Shown here piece by piece: positions 49,681 through 58,180 of a stretch of 64,000 nt of DNA (position 1 is the stretch's first letter; each line of letters opens with the position of its first letter). The translations under genes were made by a program, and so were the position numbers. The notes under the pieces are model-generated. The model did no database searches. It saw nothing but the letters and a program-made list of their open reading frames with translations, and was not told where the DNA came from. Source of the stretch: Bdellovibrionales bacterium (GTDB lineage: Bacteria > Bdellovibrionota > Bdellovibrionia > Bdellovibrionales > JAUICD01); contig OZ241865.1 in the NCBI GenBank assembly GCA_965203275.1, positions 1,504,001 through 1,568,000 on the forward strand, in the 5' to 3' direction.

Positions 49681-50832
49681 ATGGACAGTTATATTGATAG
49701 AAATATCACTCAAAATATACTTCAAGACCTTAAGGAATATCCTGTTGTGGCTTTGTTAGGGCCTCGTCAGGTGGGTAAGTCGACTTTAGCTAAACGCTTG
49801 ATTCAAAATAACTTATCTGGACTTTATTTAGATTTAGAAAGACCAAGTCAAAGACTTAAACTTCAAGACCCAGAATCATTTCTGCAACAAAATGCATCAA
49901 CCCTTATTTGTTTTGATGAAATACAAAGAGTACCAGAGATATTTTCTCTTTTGAGAAGTTTTGCAGATGAAAGGGCAATCAATGGTCAGTTTTTAATTTT
50001 AGGAAGTCTTTCTAGGGATTTATTAAAGCAAAGCAGTCAAACTTTAGCAGGACGCATGTCTTATTTAGAAATGACCCCTTTGACTCTATCTGAAATCCCT
50101 CAAGGCCAAGATATAAACTTGTGGTTAAAAGGGGGTTTACCTAGAAGCTTCCTCAGCAAAGACCTTTTAACAAGTTTAAAATGGAGAGAAAATTATATCC
50201 GTACTTTTTTAGAAAGAGATATTCCTCAAATGGGCTTTAATATATCAAGTGATCAGGTGGGGCGATTATGGAGGATGCTAGCTCATATTCATGGACAACC
50301 TTTAAATGCTTCAAAGTTAGGCTCTAGTTTGGGTGTGACCTCTCATACAATTAATTCTTATATTGGTATTTTAGAGCAAGCCTTTTTATTGAGAGTTTTA
50401 CAACCTCTTAGTGGTAACTTTAAAAAAAGATGGGTTAAATCACCTAAAATTTATATTCGAGATAGCGGGCTTTTACATTCTTTGTTGGAAATTGAGTCAA
50501 TGAATGACCTTTTAGGTCATCCTAACTATGGGGCTTCTTTTGAAGGTATGGTTATTGAACAAATTGCTTGTTCCCTCCCGCAGTGGAATTTTCATTTTTA
50601 TCAAACAAAGTCAGGCAATGAAATCGACTTAGTGATGACAAAAGGGCAAAGAACTATTGCCATTGAGATAAAAGCCAATCAAGCCCCTAAAATTAGGAAG
50701 GGATTTTGGACAGCTATTGAAGATATACAGGCAACTGAAAAATATCTTATTGCCAGTATCGATTCACCCTATCCTATCGGTGATGGAGTTATGGCTATGA
50801 ATATACGGCATTTCTTAAGCATTTTTAAATAA
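49681..50832 (+). CDS. AAA+ ATPase (AAA_14 + DUF4143-type with C-terminal PD-(D/E)XK-like segment)
   Basis: GPRQVGKST, FDEIQ, LAGR, KSPKIYIRDSGL, EIDLV..IEIK. Confidence 0.9.
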   Translation: MDSYIDRNITQNILQDLKEYPVVALLGPRQVGKSTLAKRLIQNNLSGLYLDLERPSQRLKLQDPESFLQQNASTLICFDEIQRVPEIFSLLRSFADERAINGQFLILGSLSRDLLKQSSQTLAGRMSYLEMTPLTLSEIPQGQDINLWLKGGLPRSFLSKDLLTSLKWRENYIRTFLERDIPQMGFNISSDQVGRLWRMLAHIHGQPLNASKLGSSLGVTSHTINSYIGILEQAFLLRVLQPLSGNFKKRWVKSPKIYIRDSGLLHSLLEIESMNDLLGHPNYGASFEGMVIEQIACSLPQWNFHFYQTKSGNEIDLVMTKGQRTIAIEIKANQAPKIRKGFWTAIEDIQATEKYLIASIDSPYPIGDGVMAMNIRHFLSIFK

Positions 50833-50846
50833 AAAATAAATTCGAA

Positions 50847-50862
50847 TGTTCCACGTGGAACA
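50847..50862. promoter_or_regulatory. parS site 5
   Basis: TGTTCCACGTGGAACA. Confidence 0.92.
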
Positions 50863-51162
50863 TTTGCAGTTTTAAATGACATAAAACCACTGTGGTTGAT
50901 TGATTTTTAGTTGTGGAGCAAGACAAAAACGAGTCATTTTTTAAGCTGACAGGTGGTTTGTATGGTCATCACAAATAAACGCTATTTTATTTCTGGTAGC
51001 TAGCCCCTAAGGCTTTTGGCATAAGCCTTTATGTGACTTCAAAGGTAGTTTTTACATATATACACCCTTCTGCAAATGTTTGTTGCTTCAAAAGTACTTG
51101 CTAATACGTTTAAAATGTTATAGTATGTACAAAATGTATAATTGATTATTGAGAGGTCTTGT

Positions 51163-51498
51163 ATGTCAAATGCAACAAAGCATCAAATCACAGCCTTACT
51201 GGATAAAGGTGCTATTTTTGAAGGAAATCTTACTTTTGAAGGAACTGTCCGAATTGGTGGGAAGTTTCGAGGGGAAATTTTCACAAAAGATACCTTGGTT
51301 GTGGATCCAGGAGCTGATATTGAAGCACAAATCGAAGCCAATGTGGTGATTATTTCTGGCACAGTCAAAGGGAATGTTTTTGCTCAAGAGCAGGTGGTGA
51401 TGCATCCACCTGCTGTGCTTAAGGGGACTGTTACCACTCCCAGCCTTAAAATTGAAGAAGGTGTTGTTTTTGAAGGGGCTTCCTATATGCAAAAATAA
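51163..51498 (+). CDS. Bactofilin (polymer-forming cytoskeletal protein)
   Basis: FEGNLTFEGTVRIGG..ISGTVKGNV..IEEGVVFEG beta-helix pattern. Confidence 0.92.
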   Translation: MSNATKHQITALLDKGAIFEGNLTFEGTVRIGGKFRGEIFTKDTLVVDPGADIEAQIEANVVIISGTVKGNVFAQEQVVMHPPAVLKGTVTTPSLKIEEGVVFEGASYMQK

Positions 51499-51597
51499 GT
51501 TCAATTTATAAAAACCTGCAATTTTTATATCACATAAAATGTCAAAAAAGATATACATTAAGCTATCAGTCAATAAGGGTTTTTATTCTTGCTCGAA

Positions 51598-51613
51598 TGT
51601 TCCACGTGGAACA
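51598..51613. promoter_or_regulatory. parS site 6
   Basis: TGTTCCACGTGGAACA. Confidence 0.92.
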
Positions 51614-51786
51614 TATCTATTAAAAATATAATAAAAACAATATGTTACAAATTTCAACCGGTTTGTTTTTGTGGAACAAAGAAGCAATGGAATGTTTGGC
51701 CATGCATAGATTTTTAGAAATTAAATTGACATGGTTTCCCTAGTGTGATAGGGTTTGTTATTTCAAGATTTAAGGAGGACAAATAA

Positions 51787-52632
51787 ATGAACAATTTCAA
51801 GAACTTCAAGAATAAAAAGTCAACTGTTAAACAAATAATAAACGTAAGTAATGTGATTATTTTGATGTTAGGTATCTTTATATATCAAGATGCATACGCA
51901 CAGTTTGTACCTTGGATCCCTCATCCCTTAACACCAACACCAGCGGAGAGAATAGCAGAGAGAAGGGCCATAGCGATGCGACAAGAACAAATACGACGAC
52001 AAGTAGTTAGAGAGTTAATAATAACAGAAAACATACGAAATATCTTGGAAGAAGATATATATGCGAATCTAAACTCTATTGTTCAAGATCATTTTGCAGG
52101 TCAGTTTGATTTAGAATATTCGTTTTCTTTTCATACACCTAAGGCTATCTATGCACTCTATACAACCATTATTGTTGGTGGTGTTGTAGCTTTTGTTGTT
52201 GCCCCCATTTTGACGCTGGTTGGAGCTTCAGATATAGTGGTGGGCCTTTTAATAGGTGGAGGTGCTATGACTTCTTTGCTTGGTGTATCTGCCGCTATGT
52301 TATATTCAGCAAACTGGATGGAATGGGGGTATAAAGGATATTTTGATAGAGATAACAGAAAGCGGTTTATTTATACACTCTTTGATAGACAAACGGGTGA
52401 TTATTTAGAAAAAGAATGTATCATTCATCTTAAATATTCAGGCACAGAGGATGGTTTTAGGATAACTTATGAATTAGACTGGTGTCCTGATCTTCCACAG
52501 AATATAAATGGTGAATTAAGAATAAGTGAATATTCTAGGTTGTTTGATATTGGTCAGGAGACAGTTGTCACTAAGGGTTCAGTGGATTTTCCTTATTCAA
52601 AACCTCGAAGAGTAAATGTTTTCAGAGATTAA
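51787..52632 (+). CDS. Hypothetical exported/membrane protein with Gly-rich hydrophobic hairpin
   Basis: AAGGAGG SD, signal peptide ending AYA-Q, two internal hydrophobic segments. Confidence 0.7.
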   Translation: MNNFKNFKNKKSTVKQIINVSNVIILMLGIFIYQDAYAQFVPWIPHPLTPTPAERIAERRAIAMRQEQIRRQVVRELIITENIRNILEEDIYANLNSIVQDHFAGQFDLEYSFSFHTPKAIYALYTTIIVGGVVAFVVAPILTLVGASDIVVGLLIGGGAMTSLLGVSAAMLYSANWMEWGYKGYFDRDNRKRFIYTLFDRQTGDYLEKECIIHLKYSGTEDGFRITYELDWCPDLPQNINGELRISEYSRLFDIGQETVVTKGSVDFPYSKPRRVNVFRD

Positions 52633-52672
52633 TCTCATTACGTAAATTTATCTTCAATAACATGATGTTCAT

Positions 52673-52830
52673 CCAGGATCTGGGATCTGGGATCTGGGAT
52701 CCGGGATCCGGCATCAGACAAGGATGAAACGAATATCTTGTTTCCTTAACATTTCACTCAAAATGAGCGGATTTTTTAGATGTTGCCTATTTTGTCAAAA
52801 GCGAAAGCCTTTGCAGAAGATGTAAGAAAG
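52673..52830. repeat. Family E heptamers (GGATCTG/GGATCCG) plus partial family A
   Basis: ggatctgggatctgggatctgggatccgggatccggcatcag; tgtttccttaacatttcactcaaaatg. Confidence 0.75.
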
Positions 52831-52859
52831 AATTTTTTCCTTATAGATTTTCTAAAATT

Positions 52860-52957
52860 CTGCCACAAAAGCTGACATTGTAGTGGCACAAAATCTCTTT
52901 TGACTCATAACTTACTGATTTTACTCAACTTTATTTTTTCAGGCTATCAGACTCAGG
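52860..52957 (-). mobile_element. Family B end, inverted copy
   Basis: Reverse complement CCTGAGTCTGATAGCCTGAAAAAATAAAGTT...ATTTTGTGCCACTACAAT. Confidence 0.6.
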
Positions 52958-53028
52958 AATTAAATATCTCTTAACTATAAATCACAATATAATTGACTAT
53001 TCATCTCACCTGTGTTATCATTAGCTCT

Positions 53029-53811
53029 ATGAAATATTTGGGTTGGAGTATTTTTCTAGTTATATTTTTTATAGGTTTTATAGGTTGCCGACTTATTGAT
53101 CAAACTCTTGTGAGGCAAGAACTAAAAGCACTTCAGGATAGTATACATGAAGGACTCTTACCATCAGATACTTTTCCGTTATTTGTCACATTAAATACAA
53201 TGCTCTCTAGTGATACTTTATATGTTTTAGGACAGAGGCACAGCCATTCACAATCCCAAAATATTCCAAACATCCCATCTATCATCTCACATTATTTTGA
53301 TGACATACAATCTAGGATTGTAATTAATAAGGGTAGCACTATTGAACTAAAAGCTCATCATATTCTTTCTTCTATCCCCTTCATTGATACAAAAGCTATC
53401 CCTGGAATAGCGACTATGATTGAAGATCAATATCAAGATATCCAGGATGGCCAGGAAATCTATGGTTATTGGTTCGATCACAAATTTCTTTGTAAATATG
53501 AATGTGCATGTTACGCTATAAAGTTTACTTCATTAATTAATGCTCATGCTAGTGCCAATGTAGTGATTATCCCTATAAAAATAACAGGGGGGGGGGCAGG
53601 AGTCAAGGTGAAAAGAGGCTTTGGAATGCAGTCAACATATTTATACCACGTCACTTCAATTATTGTAGATCTAAAAGATTATTCAGCGGGTGTGATAGAC
53701 CCTATCATATTTGGAGATGCTAAAATATACCCTTTGTCATCTCTTTATGAAAGGATTATAAATGTTTCTACTATGACTTTTTCGACCTTTTATCACTCTA
53801 TGAGAAGGTAA
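53029..53811 (+). CDS. Lipoprotein with putative papain-like protein-glutaminase domain
   Basis: Lipobox FIGC; ordered ECACYA, YLYHVTSII, VIDPIIF motifs. Confidence 0.55.
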   Translation: MKYLGWSIFLVIFFIGFIGCRLIDQTLVRQELKALQDSIHEGLLPSDTFPLFVTLNTMLSSDTLYVLGQRHSHSQSQNIPNIPSIISHYFDDIQSRIVINKGSTIELKAHHILSSIPFIDTKAIPGIATMIEDQYQDIQDGQEIYGYWFDHKFLCKYECACYAIKFTSLINAHASANVVIIPIKITGGGAGVKVKRGFGMQSTYLYHVTSIIVDLKDYSAGVIDPIIFGDAKIYPLSSLYERIINVSTMTFSTFYHSMRR

Positions 53812-54090
53812 GGCGATGACCATTTTATCGATGGCGAAAGCCATCGTGGTCATTGTCAGAAAGTAGCCAGAGGCTAGACCACTTTTAGTGAAACAGCTCA
53901 GCCTTTGATCGACGACGACAGTCGTCGGGCTAACTATTAGAAGGATGTTTTCCTTAACATGGGGTTAAAAAACGAGGAGATCCTCCTTACTAAAAGTGGT
54001 CAAGCTTTCTAGGTTGCCAGCATTTAAGAAGGCGGTAGCCAGAGGCTGGCAACCAGAAAGTGACCAGAGGTCAGACCACTTTTAGTGAAA
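53812..54090 (-). repeat. Family A cluster (two partial, one full copy)
   Basis: Starts at the base after the upstream stop codon; other end overlaps the stop of the next gene. Confidence 0.88.
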
Positions 54091-55665
54091 TTTAAAAGAA
54101 TTAGGATTTGCTAATTGGATATATTCTCGAAGTACTTGAGGGATTTTGTTTTTTAAAAAATCCCCCGGTGTCACAGAAGGGAATAATTCTTCATAAGTTT
54201 TTACTTCTATTTTATTGATACGTCTGTTGAGAAAACTTCTTTTGATTTGCTCTGAACTGGCAGAACCAGTAGCACCAATTAAAGCAGCAAGGTAATGTAT
54301 ATTTTGCTTATGATAATAATAAACACGCCTCTTTTTATCTGTCACATTCAGTCCTATCACAAGATGAGGTTTCTGTGTAGCCACACCTACAGGGCATTGA
54401 TTAGAGTTGCACTTTCTGGCTTGAATGCAACCTAGTGCTAACATCATTCCTCGACCTGATGTTAAAATATCTCCACCAAGAGCTATTTTATTAAGCATTT
54501 GAAATGCCGTAATAATTTTTCCTGAACAAATAAGCTTAATATGCTTTCTTAAATCATACCCTTTCAAAACATCATGGACAAAGACAAGACTTTCATCTAA
54601 AGGTGTCCCCACTGCATTAGAAAACTCAAGAGGTGCTGCTCCTGTACCTCCTTCCCCTCCATCCACAGCAATAAAATCAGGATAAATTTGCTCCTCTACC
54701 ATAGCTTGACAAATAGCAATAAATTCATGCCGATGACCAATGCATAATTTAAAACCAATAGGTTTATAGCCTGAGAGTTCTCTGAGTTTTTGTACAAAAT
54801 GCAACAGTCCACGTGGAGTTTGAAAAGTGCTATGATAAGAAGGCGATACAATATCTTTGCCCATCGGAACATTTCTGATGCGAGCAATTTCAGGTGTGAT
54901 TTTGCGAGCAGGCAGAATACCTCCATGTGCAGGCTTAGCCCCTTGAGATAGTTTAAGTTCTATCATTTTAATTTGATCATCTTGAGCATTCTCTTGAAAT
55001 AACTCCTCACAAAAATTCCCATTTTTGTCACGGCAACCAAAATACCCTGTTCCTATTTGCCAAACAATGTCACCTCCAGGTTTACGATGATAAGGACTAA
55101 TGGACCCTTCTCCTGTGTTGTGATAAAAATGCCCCATCTTAGCTCCTCCATTAAGAGCTAGAATTGCATTTTTACTTAAAGACCCATAGCTCATACCAGC
55201 TATATTAAAGATGCTACAAGAATAAGGTTTTTTGCATTCTGTTCCGCCAACTAAAACACGCAAACTTTGAGGGTCTACTTTTTGAGGAGTTAAGGAATGG
55301 TTGATCCATTCATAGCCAACTCCATAGACATCTCTTTGAGTTCCAAAAGGGACAGTATCTAGCTCCCTTTTTGCTCTTTGATAAACAATACTTCGATATT
55401 CTCTGGAAAAAGGAGTACCATCAGTGTTGTTTTCTACAAAGTATTGTTGAATCTCAGGACGAATAGCTTCAAAAAAATACCTTAATCGACCAATAACAGG
55501 GAAGTTTTTTAGTACAGCTCGCTTTTTTTGATTCATATCTACTAAACCAACGACAAAGGCAATGAAAGCAGGTAAGAGTAACAACCAAATAGGTTGCCAA
55601 AAATAACCTCCCATCCCTATAAAACAAAAAACAATAAGAGATATTAGTAAGAACTCTAAACGCAT
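54082..55665 (-). CDS. FMN-binding glutamate synthase family protein
   Basis: GMSYGSLS, NTGEG, WQIGTGYFG, IELKLSQGAKP, DGGEGGTGAA, GCIQARKCNSNQCPVG; start set at MRLEF. Confidence 0.92.
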   Translation of the reverse strand: MRLEFLLISLIVFCFIGMGGYFWQPIWLLLLPAFIAFVVGLVDMNQKKRAVLKNFPVIGRLRYFFEAIRPEIQQYFVENNTDGTPFSREYRSIVYQRAKRELDTVPFGTQRDVYGVGYEWINHSLTPQKVDPQSLRVLVGGTECKKPYSCSIFNIAGMSYGSLSKNAILALNGGAKMGHFYHNTGEGSISPYHRKPGGDIVWQIGTGYFGCRDKNGNFCEELFQENAQDDQIKMIELKLSQGAKPAHGGILPARKITPEIARIRNVPMGKDIVSPSYHSTFQTPRGLLHFVQKLRELSGYKPIGFKLCIGHRHEFIAICQAMVEEQIYPDFIAVDGGEGGTGAAPLEFSNAVGTPLDESLVFVHDVLKGYDLRKHIKLICSGKIITAFQMLNKIALGGDILTSGRGMMLALGCIQARKCNSNQCPVGVATQKPHLVIGLNVTDKKRRVYYYHKQNIHYLAALIGATGSASSEQIKRSFLNRRINKIEVKTYEELFPSVTPGDFLKNKIPQVLREYIQLANPNSFKFH

Positions 55666-55940
55666 TTTTTCCTTAAAAGTCAACACACTGTTGGCATGTT
55701 TTTCACTCAAATTGGTCTAGTATCGTTGATCCTCTGGGCTACTTTCTGACGATCATTGCAATAGCTTGTGCCATTGACAACATAATCACACCTAGTGTTA
55801 AGCTTCAGAGAAGCTTGTTTACCTGATTGAATAAGAAAAAGTCATCAGAAGGTTAGTCAGAAGACTTTATAATGAATTTATCGGATATTTTGATCAATAT
55901 GATAAAGGGTAAAGTGATGTGTTTTGAATTTCTAGCCTTT

Positions 55941-56108
55941 TGTTTCCCTAAAAGTGGTCTTTTTCACTCAAAATAAACTGGCCTCTGGCCACTTTTGGAC
56001 AATGACCGCAAAGGCTTTCGCCTTTGACAAAATGGTCATTGTCTCAAAAGCCTGTTCACTTTGAGTAAGGAGGATCTCCTCGTTTTTTAACACAATGTTA
56101 AGGAAACA
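55941..56108 (+). repeat. Family A partial end plus full copy
   Basis: Chimeric outer stem ACTCAAAATAAAC / GTTCACTTTGAGT. Confidence 0.88.
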
Positions 56109-56182
56109 AGATGTTCGTATTTTTTCATTTTTTTTATTTTTTTAGATTCTGCGTAACTTTCAAAAAAGAAGTAATTAGGGAG

Positions 56183-56285
56183 GAGGATGGGGCAGTGGGA
56201 GACTGGAGATCTTCCGCAAATTGAGCTTGCTCTTTAAAAGCAAGCTCAATTGAGGACTTCGGAAGGCTCACACTGCCCCATCCTC
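56183..56285. other. GC-rich nested hairpin, unassigned
   Basis: 15-bp outer IR (GAGGATGGGGCAGTG/CACTGCCCCATCCTC) and 13-bp inner IR (AATTGAGCTTGCT/AGCAAGCTCAATT). Confidence 0.7.
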
Positions 56286-56344
56286 AAATAAAAATAAAAT
56301 GGAAAAGCAGAATCAAGGGCGGAGGGTGGGGTTAGGGAGTTAGC

Positions 56345-56597
56345 TGTTTCACTAAAAGTGGTCTGGCCTCTGTTTCCCTAAAATTGAACTGGCCTCTAGC
56401 CACTTCTGGGCAATCAGCCCGACGGCTCTCGCCGTCGATCAAAGGCTGATTGCCTCAAAAATCCGTTTATTTTTAGTAGAGAGGGAACCTTCGTTTTCTA
56501 ACACCATGTTAAGGAAACAAGATGTTTAGCACAATGGCTTTCGCCTTTGACAAAATGGTCATTGCTTCAAAAATTTATGCATTTTGAGTGAAAAAAA
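56345..56597 (+). repeat. Family A partial end, full copy (56371-56519) and partial
   Basis: ggcctc|tgtttccc nested junction. Confidence 0.88.
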
Positions 56598-56672
56598 CAT
56601 CATGTCAAAAAACAGCTTTTGACAAACTTTTAATAAGCAAGCTAAAATACTTCAAAATGACAAGGAGTCTTT

Positions 56673-58166
56673 TTGAAGAAACTTCCTCAACTCTTGCTGT
56701 TCATATCATTTATCGTCCCTGTATTGGTGATGGGCTTACTTGTTTGGCAAGGCTTAAGCCTCCTTAACCAAAGCCAAATGCCAGCTCTTAAAGAAGACTT
56801 TAAGCTCATTGCACTGATCATAATAGGCGGTTTTGCTTTACTCTCTCTTACTGCAACCATATTGATCAATAAAAAAATCAATTATCAGTTTTTATCTATA
56901 AAAAATGCCTTCTTAGAATTTACAGCTAAGCTAGGACTCCACAGCCATCCAACAAATCAAGACACTCAAGATGCTCAACAGACCATAAAAAGTCTTTTGA
57001 TCCAATCTCAAAAAAAAATTATCGAACGTCAAAAGAAAGAAAAACAACAATATTACAATGCAACCCATACAACTAAAATGAAAGCTTTAGTGCAGTTAAG
57101 TACAGGCATGGCCCATGAAATCAGCAATCCTTTGGCAGCTATCTTAGGCCATGCACAGCTAGCAAAAGGTAAATCAACAAATCCTCAAATACAAAATCAT
57201 CTGGATATTGTAGAGAAAGAAATACGTAAAATTAGTGAATTTGTGAGAAATCTTATGAAGTTTACTCAAAATATACCTTCCGAGTCTCAAGCATTTAATA
57301 TAAACCAAGTTATATCAGAAACCATGAACCTTATGGAACAACAATTAGCTTCAAAAGGTATTTTAATAAAAAAACACCTGATGTCTACACAAGATATTTA
57401 TGGCTCAGCCCATCATCTACAACAAGTGCTGATCAACTTAATAAATAATGCAGAATATGCTATGGAAAAATCTCATACTAAAATACTCTCTATCCATACG
57501 GAAGATTTTAAAAATTCTCTACGTATTCAAGTCCGCGACACAGGACCAGGCATCGCCTCTGATATAAAAGAGAGAATATTTGAGCCTTTCTTTACGACTA
57601 AAACATCCCAAGAAGAATTAGGAATCCAAGAATCAAAAACTCAACAATTAGCAAGTAAAACATTAAAAACTTCACAAGGTTATGGACTTGGACTCTTTAT
57701 AACTTATAATATTGTTCAAGAGTACAAAGGTCACATCACAGTTGAGTCAGAACCTAATAAAGGAACAACCTTTATTATTGATCTGCCTTACCAAAAGCCT
57801 CAGGATTTGCAAACAGAACAAAAAAATATCCCCAATCCCAAAAGTGTACCCCTTCAAGCCAACCCTATATCTTCAAATCAAAAAATTAAAATACCTTCTT
57901 TAAAAAAAGATTATCCAATAACAAAAAACCAAGTGGTTGATAAAAAGAGCTTTACAAATAATATAAATCCTCCCATAACACAAAAGCAGCAAATAAAACA
58001 TCCTCATCACAACATAGATTTTCAGATTAATCATTTGAAGCCTAAACAGAATATTTCTCAAAAACATCATTTTGCTATAGCCAAACATGATGTAATGAAA
58101 TCATTGGATTTCAAAGTCAAAATTAGACCAGCAAAAATGAAAAACCTCACCAATAAAGAAAACTAA
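56673..58166 (+). CDS. Membrane sensor histidine kinase
   Basis: Two TM segments, MAHEISNPL, QVLINLINNA, DTGPGI, FEPFFTTK, GLGL. Confidence 0.92.
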   Translation: MKKLPQLLLFISFIVPVLVMGLLVWQGLSLLNQSQMPALKEDFKLIALIIIGGFALLSLTATILINKKINYQFLSIKNAFLEFTAKLGLHSHPTNQDTQDAQQTIKSLLIQSQKKIIERQKKEKQQYYNATHTTKMKALVQLSTGMAHEISNPLAAILGHAQLAKGKSTNPQIQNHLDIVEKEIRKISEFVRNLMKFTQNIPSESQAFNINQVISETMNLMEQQLASKGILIKKHLMSTQDIYGSAHHLQQVLINLINNAEYAMEKSHTKILSIHTEDFKNSLRIQVRDTGPGIASDIKERIFEPFFTTKTSQEELGIQESKTQQLASKTLKTSQGYGLGLFITYNIVQEYKGHITVESEPNKGTTFIIDLPYQKPQDLQTEQKNIPNPKSVPLQANPISSNQKIKIPSLKKDYPITKNQVVDKKSFTNNINPPITQKQQIKHPHHNIDFQINHLKPKQNISQKHHFAIAKHDVMKSLDFKVKIRPAKMKNLTNKEN

Positions 58167-58180
58167 AAAGAGCATAAAAG

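Noticed and set aside
44700..51700. oriC inside the window
   Set aside because: parS suggests proximity, but no dnaA gene or DnaA-box cluster was seen
55666..55710. N-terminal extension MSEKHANSVLTFKEK
   Set aside because: The TTG start falls in a partial family A end; ATG 55665 has an AAGGA SD
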